A model generated the notes under the pieces. That model was not told the DNA's origin. It saw only the letters and a program-made list of their open reading frames with translations, and ran no database searches. From Acidimicrobiia bacterium (GTDB taxonomy: Bacteria; Actinomycetota; Acidimicrobiia; Acidimicrobiales; CATQHL01), in contig VXNF01000102.1 of NCBI GenBank assembly GCA_009840735.1, positions 5,038-69,037 on the forward strand: a DNA stretch of 64,000 nucleotides, given 5' to 3'. A program made the position numbers and the translations under genes. Positions 17,633 to 27,289 of this stretch are shown in pieces; the stretch's first letter is position 1, and every line of letters begins with the position of its first letter.

Positions 17633-18526
17633 CTACACGTCGAGGAAGCGCCCCACCGCGAACAGCGAGCCCAGCACCCCCACCGCCGCGCCGATCCCGG
17701 TGACGAGCAGCGAGGTGTTCCACACCACCGCGCTGTCCACCACGAGGGACCGAAGCAGCTCCAGGTAGTCCTCCTGCACGAACCCGGCCATAAGGTTGTT
17801 CATGAGGAACAGCATGGGGATCGCCAACGCCCCGCCGATTACCCCCTGCACGGTGCCCTCCACCATGAACGGCAGCCGCACGTACCAGTTGGAGGCGCCC
17901 ACCAGTTTCATCACCTCAATGTCCTGGCGCCGGGCGAAGATGGCGGTGCGGATGGTGTTGGCGATCAGCATCAGCGCGGCGAGCAGCACGACGATGGCGA
18001 TGACCAGCACGAACACGCTGACCTTCTGGCTGTTCTGCTGGAGGGTGCGGATCACCTCCACGGGCAGGGTCACCTGCCGCACGCCCGGTCGGGTCTCGAA
18101 CTGCGCCGCGAGCGCCTCGATCACATCCGCGTCGCCCACGGTGGGCTTCACCCGGTAGGACGGCGGCAGGATCTCCGGAGTGACGTTCTCGATCAGTTCC
18201 GGGCGGTCGGCGAACTCGGTGATGAACTCGTTGAAGGCGCCCTGCTGGTCGACGTAGTCGTAGCCGCCGATCTCGGGGTTCTCCTCGAGGGCGCTGCGCA
18301 CAGCGGCGTGCTGGGCCTCCTCGGCGTCGGCGTTCATGAACACGATGAACTCGATGCCGCCCTGCCAGCGCCCCGTGGCCTGCTCCACCCCCTCGCGGAT
18401 CAACAGCGACGAGCCGAACAGCGTCAGCGACACCCACACGGCGACGATCGTGGCCGCGAACAGGGTGACGTTCCAGCGCAAGTTGCCGCGCGTCTCGCGG
18501 AAGACGTAACCCAGGGAGACCGCCAC
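17633..18526 (-). CDS. ftsX: Cell division permease FtsX
   Basis: IANTIR-AIFARR-IEVMKLVGASNWYVRLPF-EG; lies downstream of ftsE. Confidence 0.93.
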   Translation of the reverse strand: MAVSLGYVFRETRGNLRWNVTLFAATIVAVWVSLTLFGSSLLIREGVEQATGRWQGGIEFIVFMNADAEEAQHAAVRSALEENPEIGGYDYVDQQGAFNEFITEFADRPELIENVTPEILPPSYRVKPTVGDADVIEALAAQFETRPGVRQVTLPVEVIRTLQQNSQKVSVFVLVIAIVVLLAALMLIANTIRTAIFARRQDIEVMKLVGASNWYVRLPFMVEGTVQGVIGGALAIPMLFLMNNLMAGFVQEDYLELLRSLVVDSAVVWNTSLLVTGIGAAVGVLGSLFAVGRFLDV

Positions 18527-18535
18527 AACGCGCCT

Positions 18536-19231
18536 CTAGGTGTAGCGGCCTGCGGCGGTGTAGCGGCCCCGGGCCTCGTCGCCGGTGAGCCGGCCCCTGT
18601 CGAGCCGCAGCACCCGGCGGCGCGCCGCGTTCACGATGTGCTGGTCGTGGGTCGCCATCACGACGGTGGTGCCCCGCTTGTTGATCTCGGCCAGCAGCCG
18701 CATGATCCCGTTGGAGGTGTCGCCGTCAAGGTTGCCCGTCGGCTCGTCGGCCAAGAGGATCGGCGGTCGATTGACGAAGGCGCGGGCGATCGAGACGCGC
18801 TGCTGCTCCCCGCCGGAGAGTTCGTGGGGGAAGCTGTGAGTCTTCTTGGAGAGCCCCACCAACTCCAAGAGCGACGGCACCTGGGTGCGCACCTGATGGC
18901 GGGACCGCCCGGTGACCTCCAGAGCGAACGCCACGTTCTCATAGACGGTGCGGTTGGGCAGCAGTTTGAAGTCCTGGAAGATGCAGCCCACGAGCCGGCG
19001 CAGCTTGGGCACGCTGGAGCGGGGCAGGGCGCCCACCTCCTTGCCGGCGATCCACACCGCGCCCTGGTCGGCGGTCTCCTGGCGGTTCAGCAGCTTCAAG
19101 AACGTGGACTTGCCCGACCCCGATGGGCCCACGAGGAACACGAACTCGCCTTTGCTGATCTTGCAGGACACGCCGTAGAGGGCGAGCACCTCGCCCTTGT
19201 AGATCTTGGTGACCTGATCCAACTCGATCAT
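18536..19231 (-). CDS. ftsE: Cell division ATP-binding protein FtsE
   Basis: [43 protein letters not shown]. Confidence 0.95.
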   Translation of the reverse strand: MIELDQVTKIYKGEVLALYGVSCKISKGEFVFLVGPSGSGKSTFLKLLNRQETADQGAVWIAGKEVGALPRSSVPKLRRLVGCIFQDFKLLPNRTVYENVAFALEVTGRSRHQVRTQVPSLLELVGLSKKTHSFPHELSGGEQQRVSIARAFVNRPPILLADEPTGNLDGDTSNGIMRLLAEINKRGTTVVMATHDQHIVNAARRRVLRLDRGRLTGDEARGRYTAAGRYT

Positions 19232-19436
19232 GAGACGCCGGCCTGCCGCACTCCGCTCACCGATCTCCGCTCTCTCCGATGCTGGCGCGCCGGGGATGTG
19301 CCGGCCAGATCACGCTACCACCGCGCCCCGCCGGCTCGGCGGAAGCCGCCCCGGCCGAACACGGCCGGAGCGCATGCGTTAGCATGCCGCCTTGACGGCC
19401 CCGGAAAACCCGGCGTCGAGCCGACAGTGAATTGAC

Positions 19437-20660
19437 ATGGCCCACGACGGCGACCACATCATCGACCTCGACGGGGTCTACAAGATTTTCGGGCCCCAGC
19501 CTCGCGGGCGGGCCTACGACCTGCTGCGTTCGGGCGCCTCCAAGGACGAGGTGCAGGCCGAGACCGGCCATGTCGTCGGCCTCGACGACGTCAGCTTCAC
19601 GGTGCTGCGAGGCGAGGTGTTCGTGGTGATGGGCCTCTCCGGCTCGGGCAAGTCCACCGCCATGCGCACCGTCAACAAACTGATCGACATCACCGCCGGC
19701 TCGATCACCGTCGCCGGCACCGACGTGCAAGCACTCGAGGGAACCGAGCTGCAGGCCTTCCGTCGGACCCACATGGGCATGGTGTTCCAGCATTTCGCGC
19801 TCTTCCCGCATCGCAACGTCATCGACAACGTGGGTTACGGGCTTAAGGTGCAGCGAGTGGCCCGCGACGAGCGCGACGCTGCGGCGCTGCGGGCGCTTTC
19901 GCTGGTGGGCCTCGGCGCCTACGCCTCCAACATGCCGGCCGAGCTCTCCGGCGGCATGCAGCAGCGGGTCGGGCTGGCCCGCGCCCTCGCCTCAGACCCG
20001 GACATCCTGCTCATGGACGAGGCCTTCAGCGCGCTCGACCCGCTGATCCGCCGCCAGATGCAAGACGAGCTCATGGAGATCCAAAGCGAGCTCCACAAGA
20101 CGATCCTGTTCATCACCCACGACCTGAACGAGGCGCTGCGCATCGGCGACCGGGTGTGCATCATGAAGGACGGAGCGGTCGTCCAGGTGGGCACCCCCAC
20201 GGAGATCCTCACCGAGCCCGCCACCGGCTACGTGGCGGAGTTCGTGCAGGATGTGGACCAGGGCAGGGTGATCCTTGTGGACGAGGTAATGCTCCCGCCG
20301 GCGCCCGTGGCGGCCAACGCCACCCCGGCGGAGGCGCTGGCGAGAATCGGCGAGCGGGCGGGGGCGTTCACCGTCGACCGCCGCGGCGTCCCGGCAGGGG
20401 TGCTAACCGCCCCCGACGCGGTGCGCGCCGCCGCTGACGCGGCACCCGACGTGGCCGCCGCCCTGCGGACCGACTTCGCCACCTGCGCCCGCGGCAGCAC
20501 CCTCAACGAGGTGTACGCCCAGGCCGGGCGGGGTCTGCCCATCGCGGTCTGCGACGAGAAGGGATCGCTCATCGGCAACCTGGACCCGCGCCGCATCATG
20601 GAGGAGATGGGCCGCGTCGAGCGCCTGTCGGAGCGCTTCGAGCGAGAGGTGTACATGTGA
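19437..20660 (+). CDS. proV: Glycine betaine/proline ABC transporter ATPase with CBS-like C-terminus
   Basis: [47 protein letters not shown]. Confidence 0.93.
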   Translation: MAHDGDHIIDLDGVYKIFGPQPRGRAYDLLRSGASKDEVQAETGHVVGLDDVSFTVLRGEVFVVMGLSGSGKSTAMRTVNKLIDITAGSITVAGTDVQALEGTELQAFRRTHMGMVFQHFALFPHRNVIDNVGYGLKVQRVARDERDAAALRALSLVGLGAYASNMPAELSGGMQQRVGLARALASDPDILLMDEAFSALDPLIRRQMQDELMEIQSELHKTILFITHDLNEALRIGDRVCIMKDGAVVQVGTPTEILTEPATGYVAEFVQDVDQGRVILVDEVMLPPAPVAANATPAEALARIGERAGAFTVDRRGVPAGVLTAPDAVRAAADAAPDVAAALRTDFATCARGSTLNEVYAQAGRGLPIAVCDEKGSLIGNLDPRRIMEEMGRVERLSERFEREVYM

Positions 20661-22783
20661 AGGTTCTGGCTCAGGACCCCGCTCCGGGCGTCGCCGACAA
20701 CGCGGTCTTGGACCAGTGGACGATCACGTTCGGCGCCTGGATCGACCAGATGGTCCGCTGGATCGATCAGAACATGGCACCGGTGCTGGACGTCATCGAG
20801 TGGCCCTTCACGTTCCTGTTCCGCAACTTCGTCTTCGGCTCCGGCCACCATCCCTTCTGGGAGATCTCCGACATGCCCTGGATCGCGGTGTGCGCCATCT
20901 TCCTGGTCATCGGCACCTTCACGCGGAACATCCGGGTCGGCGTGACCGTCGCCCTCGCCCTCGCCGGCTGCGGCATCCTCGGCGCCGAGTACTGGAAAGA
21001 GACGGTCATCACCCTGGGCATCATCATCGTCGCTGTGGTGCTGTGCGCCGTTATCGGCATCCCCCTCGGCGTGCTTTGCGGCCGCTTCGACGGGGTCTGG
21101 AACGTGGTCCGGCCGGTCTTGGACGCCATGCAGGTGGTCCACCCGTTCATCTACATGCTGCCGATCATCTTCTTCTTCGGCATCGGCCCGGAGCCCGCCA
21201 CGATGGTGACGATGGTGTTCGCGCTGCCGCCGCTGATCCGGCTCACGAACCTCGGCATCCGTCAAGTGCCCGCGGACGTCGTGGAGGCCAGTCGCGCCTA
21301 CGGGGCCTCCGAGGGCCGGGTGCTGCGAGACGTGCAGCTCCCGTTGGCCCGCCCGGCGATCATGACCGGCCTCAACCAGACGCTGCTGCTGTCGATCTCC
21401 ATGCTGGGCATCGCCGCCATCATGGCCTCCGGCGGACTGGGGCGGCCGGTGTTCCAGGCGGTCCAGAACCTCGACACGGCCCAGGCTGCGTCCTCGGGCC
21501 TGGCGCTGTTCATCGTGGCGGTGGTCCTCGACCGCATCTCCCAGACCGAGGCGAGCGACGGCGAGTTCCTGCTGACCCGCATCCGCAAGGCTTGGCGGCA
21601 TCGCCGCGACCCCGAGGCGCTGCTGCCCGCCGCGGCGACCATCGGCGCGGTGGCGGCCACCGAGGCTGTGCCCGCGCCCGCCCGCGCCCGCGAGCGGCGC
21701 AGCGCCGCGGCGGCCCTGGCGGGGGCGCTGCTGGCGACGTTGGCGGTGTTCCTGCCCTGGGGGGCCGACTCGGGGCTGATCTCTGGCTACGCCCGCTTCG
21801 CCGATCTTGACCTCGGCGGGCGGAGCTTCAACGGGCTGGCCGCCGAAGGCGGCTCGGTGTACGGCTACGGCGTCCTGGGCTTCAGCCTGTTCGTCGCCGC
21901 CGCCGCGTTGGCCACCTTGCGCGGGCCGAGCCGCTTCGGGCGCCGACTGGGCGCCGACGGCGCCATGGTCTGCGCCCTCGGTGCCTTTACCTGCACCGTG
22001 GCCTACCTCTGGGGCTCGCCGCCAGAGGCGAGCGCCGCCTACCGCGACCGCGCCGGCGTCTGGCTGGCCCTGATCGGCTGCGCATTGGCGACGGCGGGCG
22101 CCGCCGCATGGGTCTGCCGCGCCCCGTTCAGCCCGCGGCGCCCGCTGCCGCGGGTGATCGCCGTCGGACGCATCGCCGGCGCGGCCGCGGCCGTGTGCCT
22201 CGTGGTCATCTCCGGGTTCTCGGGATGGACCTTCGACGAGCGGGCACAGTCGGTGGTGACCCCCGAGCTGGAAGCGGAGATCGAGGAGCTGCGGCGGCAG
22301 GCCGAGGCGGACCCGGCGCTGCGCAACGAGACGGCGCTGAAGATCACCGCCCTCGTCAACGAAGCCGAACGCAGCCAGCGGATCATCACCGACGGGTTCA
22401 CCGACCGGGGACCGAGGTTCGGCTTCTTGGCGCTCATCGTGGTCGCCCTCGGCGCCGCTAGCGCGCTCGCGGCTTCGGGCCTCGCCGGCCACGACGAGCG
22501 GCGCAAGTGGCGTTGGAGCACCGTCACCGCCGGGCTCGGCGTCGGGCTGACGATGATCGCGGCCGCGTGGATTGGGACCCTGACACGGGTCGCCGACCCC
22601 AGACTGCTCACCGGCGCGGGCGCCTTCTTGTGCCTTCTGGCAGGGCTGGTGCTCCTAACGACGACTCGCTCGGTGCTGAACGAGTTCCGCCGCTCCGAGG
22701 TGTACCTGGAGATCCACGACGGAAACCCCGCCCACTCCGATGCGGCCGGCGCCGCGTACCCGCTGGCGCAGGCAGCCGACTAG
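20657..22783 (+). CDS. proW: Betaine/proline ABC permease (ProW-like) with a long extra C-terminal membrane region
   Basis: RPVLDAMQ, PPLIRLTNLGIRQV, EAS-AYGA, VQLPLARPAIMTGLNQT. About 380 additional residues follow the core. Confidence 0.88.
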   Translation: MKVLAQDPAPGVADNAVLDQWTITFGAWIDQMVRWIDQNMAPVLDVIEWPFTFLFRNFVFGSGHHPFWEISDMPWIAVCAIFLVIGTFTRNIRVGVTVALALAGCGILGAEYWKETVITLGIIIVAVVLCAVIGIPLGVLCGRFDGVWNVVRPVLDAMQVVHPFIYMLPIIFFFGIGPEPATMVTMVFALPPLIRLTNLGIRQVPADVVEASRAYGASEGRVLRDVQLPLARPAIMTGLNQTLLLSISMLGIAAIMASGGLGRPVFQAVQNLDTAQAASSGLALFIVAVVLDRISQTEASDGEFLLTRIRKAWRHRRDPEALLPAAATIGAVAATEAVPAPARARERRSAAAALAGALLATLAVFLPWGADSGLISGYARFADLDLGGRSFNGLAAEGGSVYGYGVLGFSLFVAAAALATLRGPSRFGRRLGADGAMVCALGAFTCTVAYLWGSPPEASAAYRDRAGVWLALIGCALATAGAAAWVCRAPFSPRRPLPRVIAVGRIAGAAAAVCLVVISGFSGWTFDERAQSVVTPELEAEIEELRRQAEADPALRNETALKITALVNEAERSQRIITDGFTDRGPRFGFLALIVVALGAASALAASGLAGHDERRKWRWSTVTAGLGVGLTMIAAAWIGTLTRVADPRLLTGAGAFLCLLAGLVLLTTTRSVLNEFRRSEVYLEIHDGNPAHSDAAGAAYPLAQAAD

Positions 22784-22854
22784 TCTCTCTGCGACCAGGG
22801 GTGCGCGACCGTGGACCCGTTGCCAAGCAAGCTCGTTCAAGGGGAGAACTCGCA

Positions 22855-24426
22855 ATGACACTGTCAAGCAGGAAACTGATTTCAGCGGGGGTCGCGCTCG
22901 CCGCGACGCTCGCGCTAGTGGCCGCTTCGTGTGCCACTGAGGACACCGCGGCGCAGGACGCCGCCGCAGCCGCCTCGGGCAACGCGTCCGCGGCGCTGGC
23001 AGCCGCTCAGGGCGCGCAAGCCGGCGCCGACGCGGCCGACGCCAGGGCCGCAGCCGCAGAGGCAGAGGCCTCCGCAGCCGGCGCCGCAGCCGCAGCCGCC
23101 GCGGCAGCTGCGGCGGAAGCGCAGGCAGCCGCCGACCTAGCCCAGGCCACGGCCTCGGGCAGCGCGGATGCCATCGCCGAAGCCGAAGCCGCGCTAGCAG
23201 ACGCCCAAGCGGCCGCCGAGGCCGCCGGCGAGCAGGCGGCTGCCGCGCAGCAAGAGGCCGCCGCGGCACAGGAAGAAGCCGCCGCGGCGCAGCAAGAGGC
23301 AGCATCCGCCCAGCAGGAAGCAGCAGCGGCACAGGAAGAAGCAGCAGCGGCACAGGAAGAAGCCGCGTCGGCCCAAGCCCAGCTGGAGGAGATGGAGGCG
23401 GCCGCGATGGAGGCCTACATGCACCCCGGCGCCGGCGTCTCAGTCAACCAGGGTCGAGCCAGCTGGTCCACGGGATACATGCAGGCCGCGATCTTCCACC
23501 ACCTTTTGGAGGAGCTCGGCTACGAGGTGAGCGAGCCGGCCGACAACGAGCTGGGGAACGACATCTTCTACGTGGCGCTCGGCGAGGGCGAGTTGGACTT
23601 CTGGGTCAACGGCTGGATCCCCAACCACCTCAAGTTCTTCGAGGCCGAGCTGTCAGACGGCACCACTGTCGCCGACAACGTGTCGATCGTCGGCTGGGAG
23701 ATCCCCGCCGCCGGGCTGGAGGGTCTGCTGACCAACAAGGACATCGTCGAGGAGTACGGCATCAACACGGTCGGTCAGATCAACGACGACCCCGACCTGG
23801 TTGCTCTCTACGACGCCACCGACACCAACCCCGGTGACGGCGTGGTGCAGCTACTCGTGTGCCCCGACGGGTGGACCTGCGACGACATCTTCGCTGAGAC
23901 GGTGGAGTTCAACGGCTGGGAGAACCTCGAAGTGGTACGGGCCGGCTACGACGCCATGTTCGCCGACGCGGTCGCCAAGATCGAGGACGGCGATCCCGTC
24001 ATCGTCTACTCCTGGTCGCCCAGCGGCTACCTGACCTCACTGATCCCCGGCAACAACGTCGTGTGGCTCTCCGTGGGCGGCGCCGAGAACGTCCTCGACG
24101 GTTCGACGGCCGGCGGATTCAACTTCGCCGACCTGCCCCCGGCGGCGCTCGGTCCCGAGTATTGCACCAACGACCCGTGCTACACGGGCTGGCCCGCAGC
24201 CGACATTCGGGTCGTCGCCAACAACGATTTCCTGGCGGCCAACCCGGCGGCTAAGGAGCTGTTCGAGCACGTGACCCTCAGCGTGGTGGACGTCGCTCTG
24301 CAGAACGTGCGCTACGACGGCGGCGAGAACACCACCGCGGACGTGAACCGTCACGCCAGCGAGTGGATCGAGGCCAACCGGGCGACAGTCGACGAGTGGC
24401 TGACCGCCGCCCGCGACGCCGCCTGA
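22855..24426 (+). CDS. proX: Betaine-type ABC substrate-binding lipoprotein (ProX-like) with an Ala-rich N-terminal stalk
   Basis: Lipobox LVAASC, about 160 aa Ala/Glu/Gln stalk, then RASWSTG, FWVNGW, CPDGWTC, YSWSP, FLAANPAA. Confidence 0.88.
   Translation: MTLSSRKLISAGVALAATLALVAASCATEDTAAQDAAAAASGNASAALAAAQGAQAGADAADARAAAAEAEASAAGAAAAAAAAAAAEAQAAADLAQATASGSADAIAEAEAALADAQAAAEAAGEQAAAAQQEAAAAQEEAAAAQQEAASAQQEAAAAQEEAAAAQEEAASAQAQLEEMEAAAMEAYMHPGAGVSVNQGRASWSTGYMQAAIFHHLLEELGYEVSEPADNELGNDIFYVALGEGELDFWVNGWIPNHLKFFEAELSDGTTVADNVSIVGWEIPAAGLEGLLTNKDIVEEYGINTVGQINDDPDLVALYDATDTNPGDGVVQLLVCPDGWTCDDIFAETVEFNGWENLEVVRAGYDAMFADAVAKIEDGDPVIVYSWSPSGYLTSLIPGNNVVWLSVGGAENVLDGSTAGGFNFADLPPAALGPEYCTNDPCYTGWPAADIRVVANNDFLAANPAAKELFEHVTLSVVDVALQNVRYDGGENTTADVNRHASEWIEANRATVDEWLTAARDAA
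23242..23370. repeat. 21-bp (heptad) tandem repeat, about 6 copies, encoding AAQ(Q/E)EAA
   Basis: Repeated gcggcacaggaagaagcagca-like units in the proX stalk. Confidence 0.85.
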
Positions 24427-24476
24427 GCCACCGGCCAGCGGGCGCCGCCCCGCCGCACTGAACCGAAGAACACAAC

Positions 24477-24504
24477 CGGGGCGGGCCTTTCCGGGCCCGC
24501 CCCG
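24477..24504. terminator. GC-rich hairpin between convergent genes
   Basis: CGGGGCGGGCC-tttccg-GGCCCGCCCCG, downstream of proX. Confidence 0.6.
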
Positions 24505-24608
24505 CCGCGTCCACTGCTCACGCGCCGTAGAGCGCACGATCTCGCCATGCCGAGCCGCCAATAAACGGATCCCGAGTTCCCCGCCGGCCCTGACGACTCG
24601 ACCAGCGC

Positions 24609-25517
24609 TCAGCGCGGCGACGGGGCGGAGCCGGGGACGATTCCCTCCGGCAGGCCCATCACGTGGGCGGCCACGTCCTCGGGCCTCGCCAGCCACACGT
24701 CGTCGCGCCGCGCCGCGATGTGCTCGAGGGCGGCGCGCAGGTGCTTCAGCCGGAAAGGCTGGCCGACCAGGAAGGTGTGCAGCGAGACGGAGTACACCAG
24801 CGGCTGCTCGTCGGCGAGGCGGAGCATCTCGTCGAACTGGTCCATCATCATCTCCGCGAAGACCGGCGCGGAGTGATGCCGCCGCACGTAGACACCCACA
24901 TCGTTCAGTTCCAGCGGGTACGGGATGCTCAACAGCGGCCCCGACCGTGTCCTGAGCCAGATCGGCTGGTCGTCGCACGGCGACTGCAGCGTGTACTGGT
25001 AACCGGCCTCCACGAGCAGGTCGCTAGTGACCGCCGACTCGGCGATGTAGGGGCCCATCCAGCCGCTCGGGCGGCGGCCCCAGTGCTGTGTGATGACCTC
25101 GGTGGTCTCGGCGATGAGGCGGGCCTCGTCGGGCTCCCAGAGGCCGTCGCTGCGTTCGGAGTTCGTCCGCCCGTGGGCGATGATCTCGTCACCGCGCTCG
25201 ACGATCTTGGCCACGATGTCGGGGTAGAGCTCCATCACCGTCGAGTTGACGTTGTGCGACCACGGGATGTCCAACTCGTCGAATGTGTCGAACATGCGCC
25301 AGATGCCGATCCGGTTGCCGTAGTCCCGCCAGGCGTAGCTCCGGTAGTCGGCCGGCGCGCTCACCGCCGAATCGTTGAGACCCAGACCCGCCTTGTAGGC
25401 GAAGTGCTCGACGTTGTTCGACAGGCAGACGGCCAGACGGGTGCCGTTGGGCCAGTCGTAGGGAACGCGGTCCTTGATCGACACGTAGTCGTAGCGGTCG
25501 TTCGCCGGGAGCTTCAT
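24609..25517 (-). CDS. Polysaccharide deacetylase (CE4) family protein, PuuE-like cyclic amide hydrolase group
   Basis: WPNG-RLAV, WRDYGNRIG-WR, EIIAHG, P-GWMGP, DDQP, IPY-ELND, SLH-F-GQPFR. Confidence 0.87.
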   Translation of the reverse strand: MKLPANDRYDYVSIKDRVPYDWPNGTRLAVCLSNNVEHFAYKAGLGLNDSAVSAPADYRSYAWRDYGNRIGIWRMFDTFDELDIPWSHNVNSTVMELYPDIVAKIVERGDEIIAHGRTNSERSDGLWEPDEARLIAETTEVITQHWGRRPSGWMGPYIAESAVTSDLLVEAGYQYTLQSPCDDQPIWLRTRSGPLLSIPYPLELNDVGVYVRRHHSAPVFAEMMMDQFDEMLRLADEQPLVYSVSLHTFLVGQPFRLKHLRAALEHIAARRDDVWLARPEDVAAHVMGLPEGIVPGSAPSPR

Positions 25518-26338
25518 GCGAAGAACTCCTCGAAGTACTCGGCGATCTCATCGGCGGCGGTCGTGAAGAGCTCCAGCACGTCGGTCAGGTCCGGCCGCGA
25601 GACGACGCGGGTGTGAGCCGGCAGCAACGGCATCGCCCGAGCTGTCTGGGCGGTCAGATCGTCGTGGACGTCGACTACCAGGAACGGTTGGCGGATCTTC
25701 GAGACGAACTCGCCGGTCGGATGGTCGAAGACGGCGTGGTACGTCATCCAGGGATCGGGCTGCGCCCCCAGATGATCCATCATGAACTCGTGCAGCAGGT
25801 CCGGTGACCAGGCGCGCGAGCGCTCAGCGGCGCCCCCGAACCCACCGTCACGCCACCACCGCCAGTACCAGTCGAGATGGGTGCCGTCGGCCTCGGGCCT
25901 GGGTTCGTGCAGGTAGTTGTCCTTGTACTGGGGGATCTCCTCCGGCGAGAACACCGGCACGGTCACCACGGCGATCCGCCGGATCCGGTCCGGGTAGCGC
26001 ACCGCCAGATCGATCGCCTCGCACGAACCGGTGTGGACACCGGCGACGTCGAACTGGCCGACTCCCATGGCGTCGAGCGCCTCCAGGGTTGCGTCGGCGT
26101 AGTCACCCAGCGACAGCCCGGCCCGCGGGTGGTCCGAGCACCCGAACCCCAGCCGGTCCGGCACAATCACCCGCCTCCGGGCCGACAGCCGCGGCGTGAT
26201 GTGGCGGTACATGCGACCCGACGAGAGGCCCATGTGCAGCAGCACGAGCGGTGGCTCACCCTCGCCGTTGCTGCGCACGTGCAGATGGCCGTGACGGGTG
26301 CTGATGAGCTTGCGGCTCGTTCCCTCCGCTTCCAGCAT
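25514..26338 (-). CDS. Alpha/beta-hydrolase-fold protein with a non-canonical nucleophile elbow (G-V-H-T-G)
   Basis: PPLVLLH, PDRLGFGCSD, AGVHTG, YPDRIRR. Start MLEAE estimated. Confidence 0.85.
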   Translation of the reverse strand: MLEAEGTSRKLISTRHGHLHVRSNGEGEPPLVLLHMGLSSGRMYRHITPRLSARRRVIVPDRLGFGCSDHPRAGLSLGDYADATLEALDAMGVGQFDVAGVHTGSCEAIDLAVRYPDRIRRIAVVTVPVFSPEEIPQYKDNYLHEPRPEADGTHLDWYWRWWRDGGFGGAAERSRAWSPDLLHEFMMDHLGAQPDPWMTYHAVFDHPTGEFVSKIRQPFLVVDVHDDLTAQTARAMPLLPAHTRVVSRPDLTDVLELFTTAADEIAEYFEEFFA

Positions 26339-26435
26339 CGTGATCCCCTCCGCCGCAGGCCCCTCCGCCGCCGGCATCCGGTGCGCGGGGTACTGTACCC
26401 CACGTCCTGCACCCGGACTGTTGCTAGGGGGTCCA

Positions 26436-27260
26436 ATGAGGCGAGGGTACGCCGACACCGCGGTCGGGCAGGTTCACTACGTCGAGGCCGGCGAGGGCCC
26501 CCCGTTGATCCTGCTGCACCAGACCGCCAGCAGTTCGGTCATGTGGCTGCGGGCGATCCCCTACTTCGCCGAGCGCTACCACACGATCGCCATGGACACG
26601 CCCGGGTTCGGGATGTCCGACCATCCCGCCGAGCAACCGACCGAGGGCATTCCGTACTACTCCCAGGCCGTCATCGGCCTGCTGGACCATTTGGGGTACC
26701 GGCAGGCGAACATCGTCGGGTTCCACACCGGCGCCAGCATCGCGGTGGACGTGGCGGCCCACTCTCCCGAGCGGGTCAAATCGCTCGTGATCGCACCGAT
26801 CCTCGCTGTGGACGACCAGGCCGAGCGCGACGACTGGCTGTCCCGTGACGACTTGAAGTCGGGCTGGGTGCCCGACGGCAAGGGCGAGTTCCTGGCGAAC
26901 GACATCCTGGACTACGTCGCTCACTTCGCCACCGAGAACGACGGCGAGACATACCTCCGAGAGCTCATCGCCAAGCTGCAGGCCGGGCCGAACTACTGGT
27001 GGACGTACGTGGCGGTCGTGCAGTACGACCACTACGCGGCGTACCCCAAGCTGCAGTGCCCGGTACTGGTCCTCAACGTGACCGAGGAGGTTCTGTACTC
27101 CTACACCACCAAGGCGCACGCCGCGATCCCCCACAGCGAGTATGTGGAGATCCCCGGCCCCGAGCCCAACATCCGCGGCTGGGTGGCAGTCGTGCCGGAG
27201 TTCCCGAAGGAATTCTCCGACGCCGTGATGTCCTTCGTGGACCGCGTCGAGGGAGAGTGA
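26436..27260 (+). CDS. Alpha/beta-hydrolase-fold protein with a non-canonical nucleophile elbow (G-F-H-T-G)
   Basis: GQVHYVEAGEGPPLILLH, DTPGFGMSD, VGFHTG, PERVKSL. Confidence 0.87.
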   Translation: MRRGYADTAVGQVHYVEAGEGPPLILLHQTASSSVMWLRAIPYFAERYHTIAMDTPGFGMSDHPAEQPTEGIPYYSQAVIGLLDHLGYRQANIVGFHTGASIAVDVAAHSPERVKSLVIAPILAVDDQAERDDWLSRDDLKSGWVPDGKGEFLANDILDYVAHFATENDGETYLRELIAKLQAGPNYWWTYVAVVQYDHYAAYPKLQCPVLVLNVTEEVLYSYTTKAHAAIPHSEYVEIPGPEPNIRGWVAVVPEFPKEFSDAVMSFVDRVEGE

Positions 27261-27289
27261 CCAGTCCGGCGCGGGTGCCCTGACCGCGC

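Noticed and set aside
20228..22492. Long antisense or alternate-frame ORFs (e.g. 20228-22492, 41148-42860, 50810-52708, 16131-17768)
   Set aside because: These are shadow ORFs from high GC3 codon bias. They overlap well-supported genes and have no recognisable motifs.
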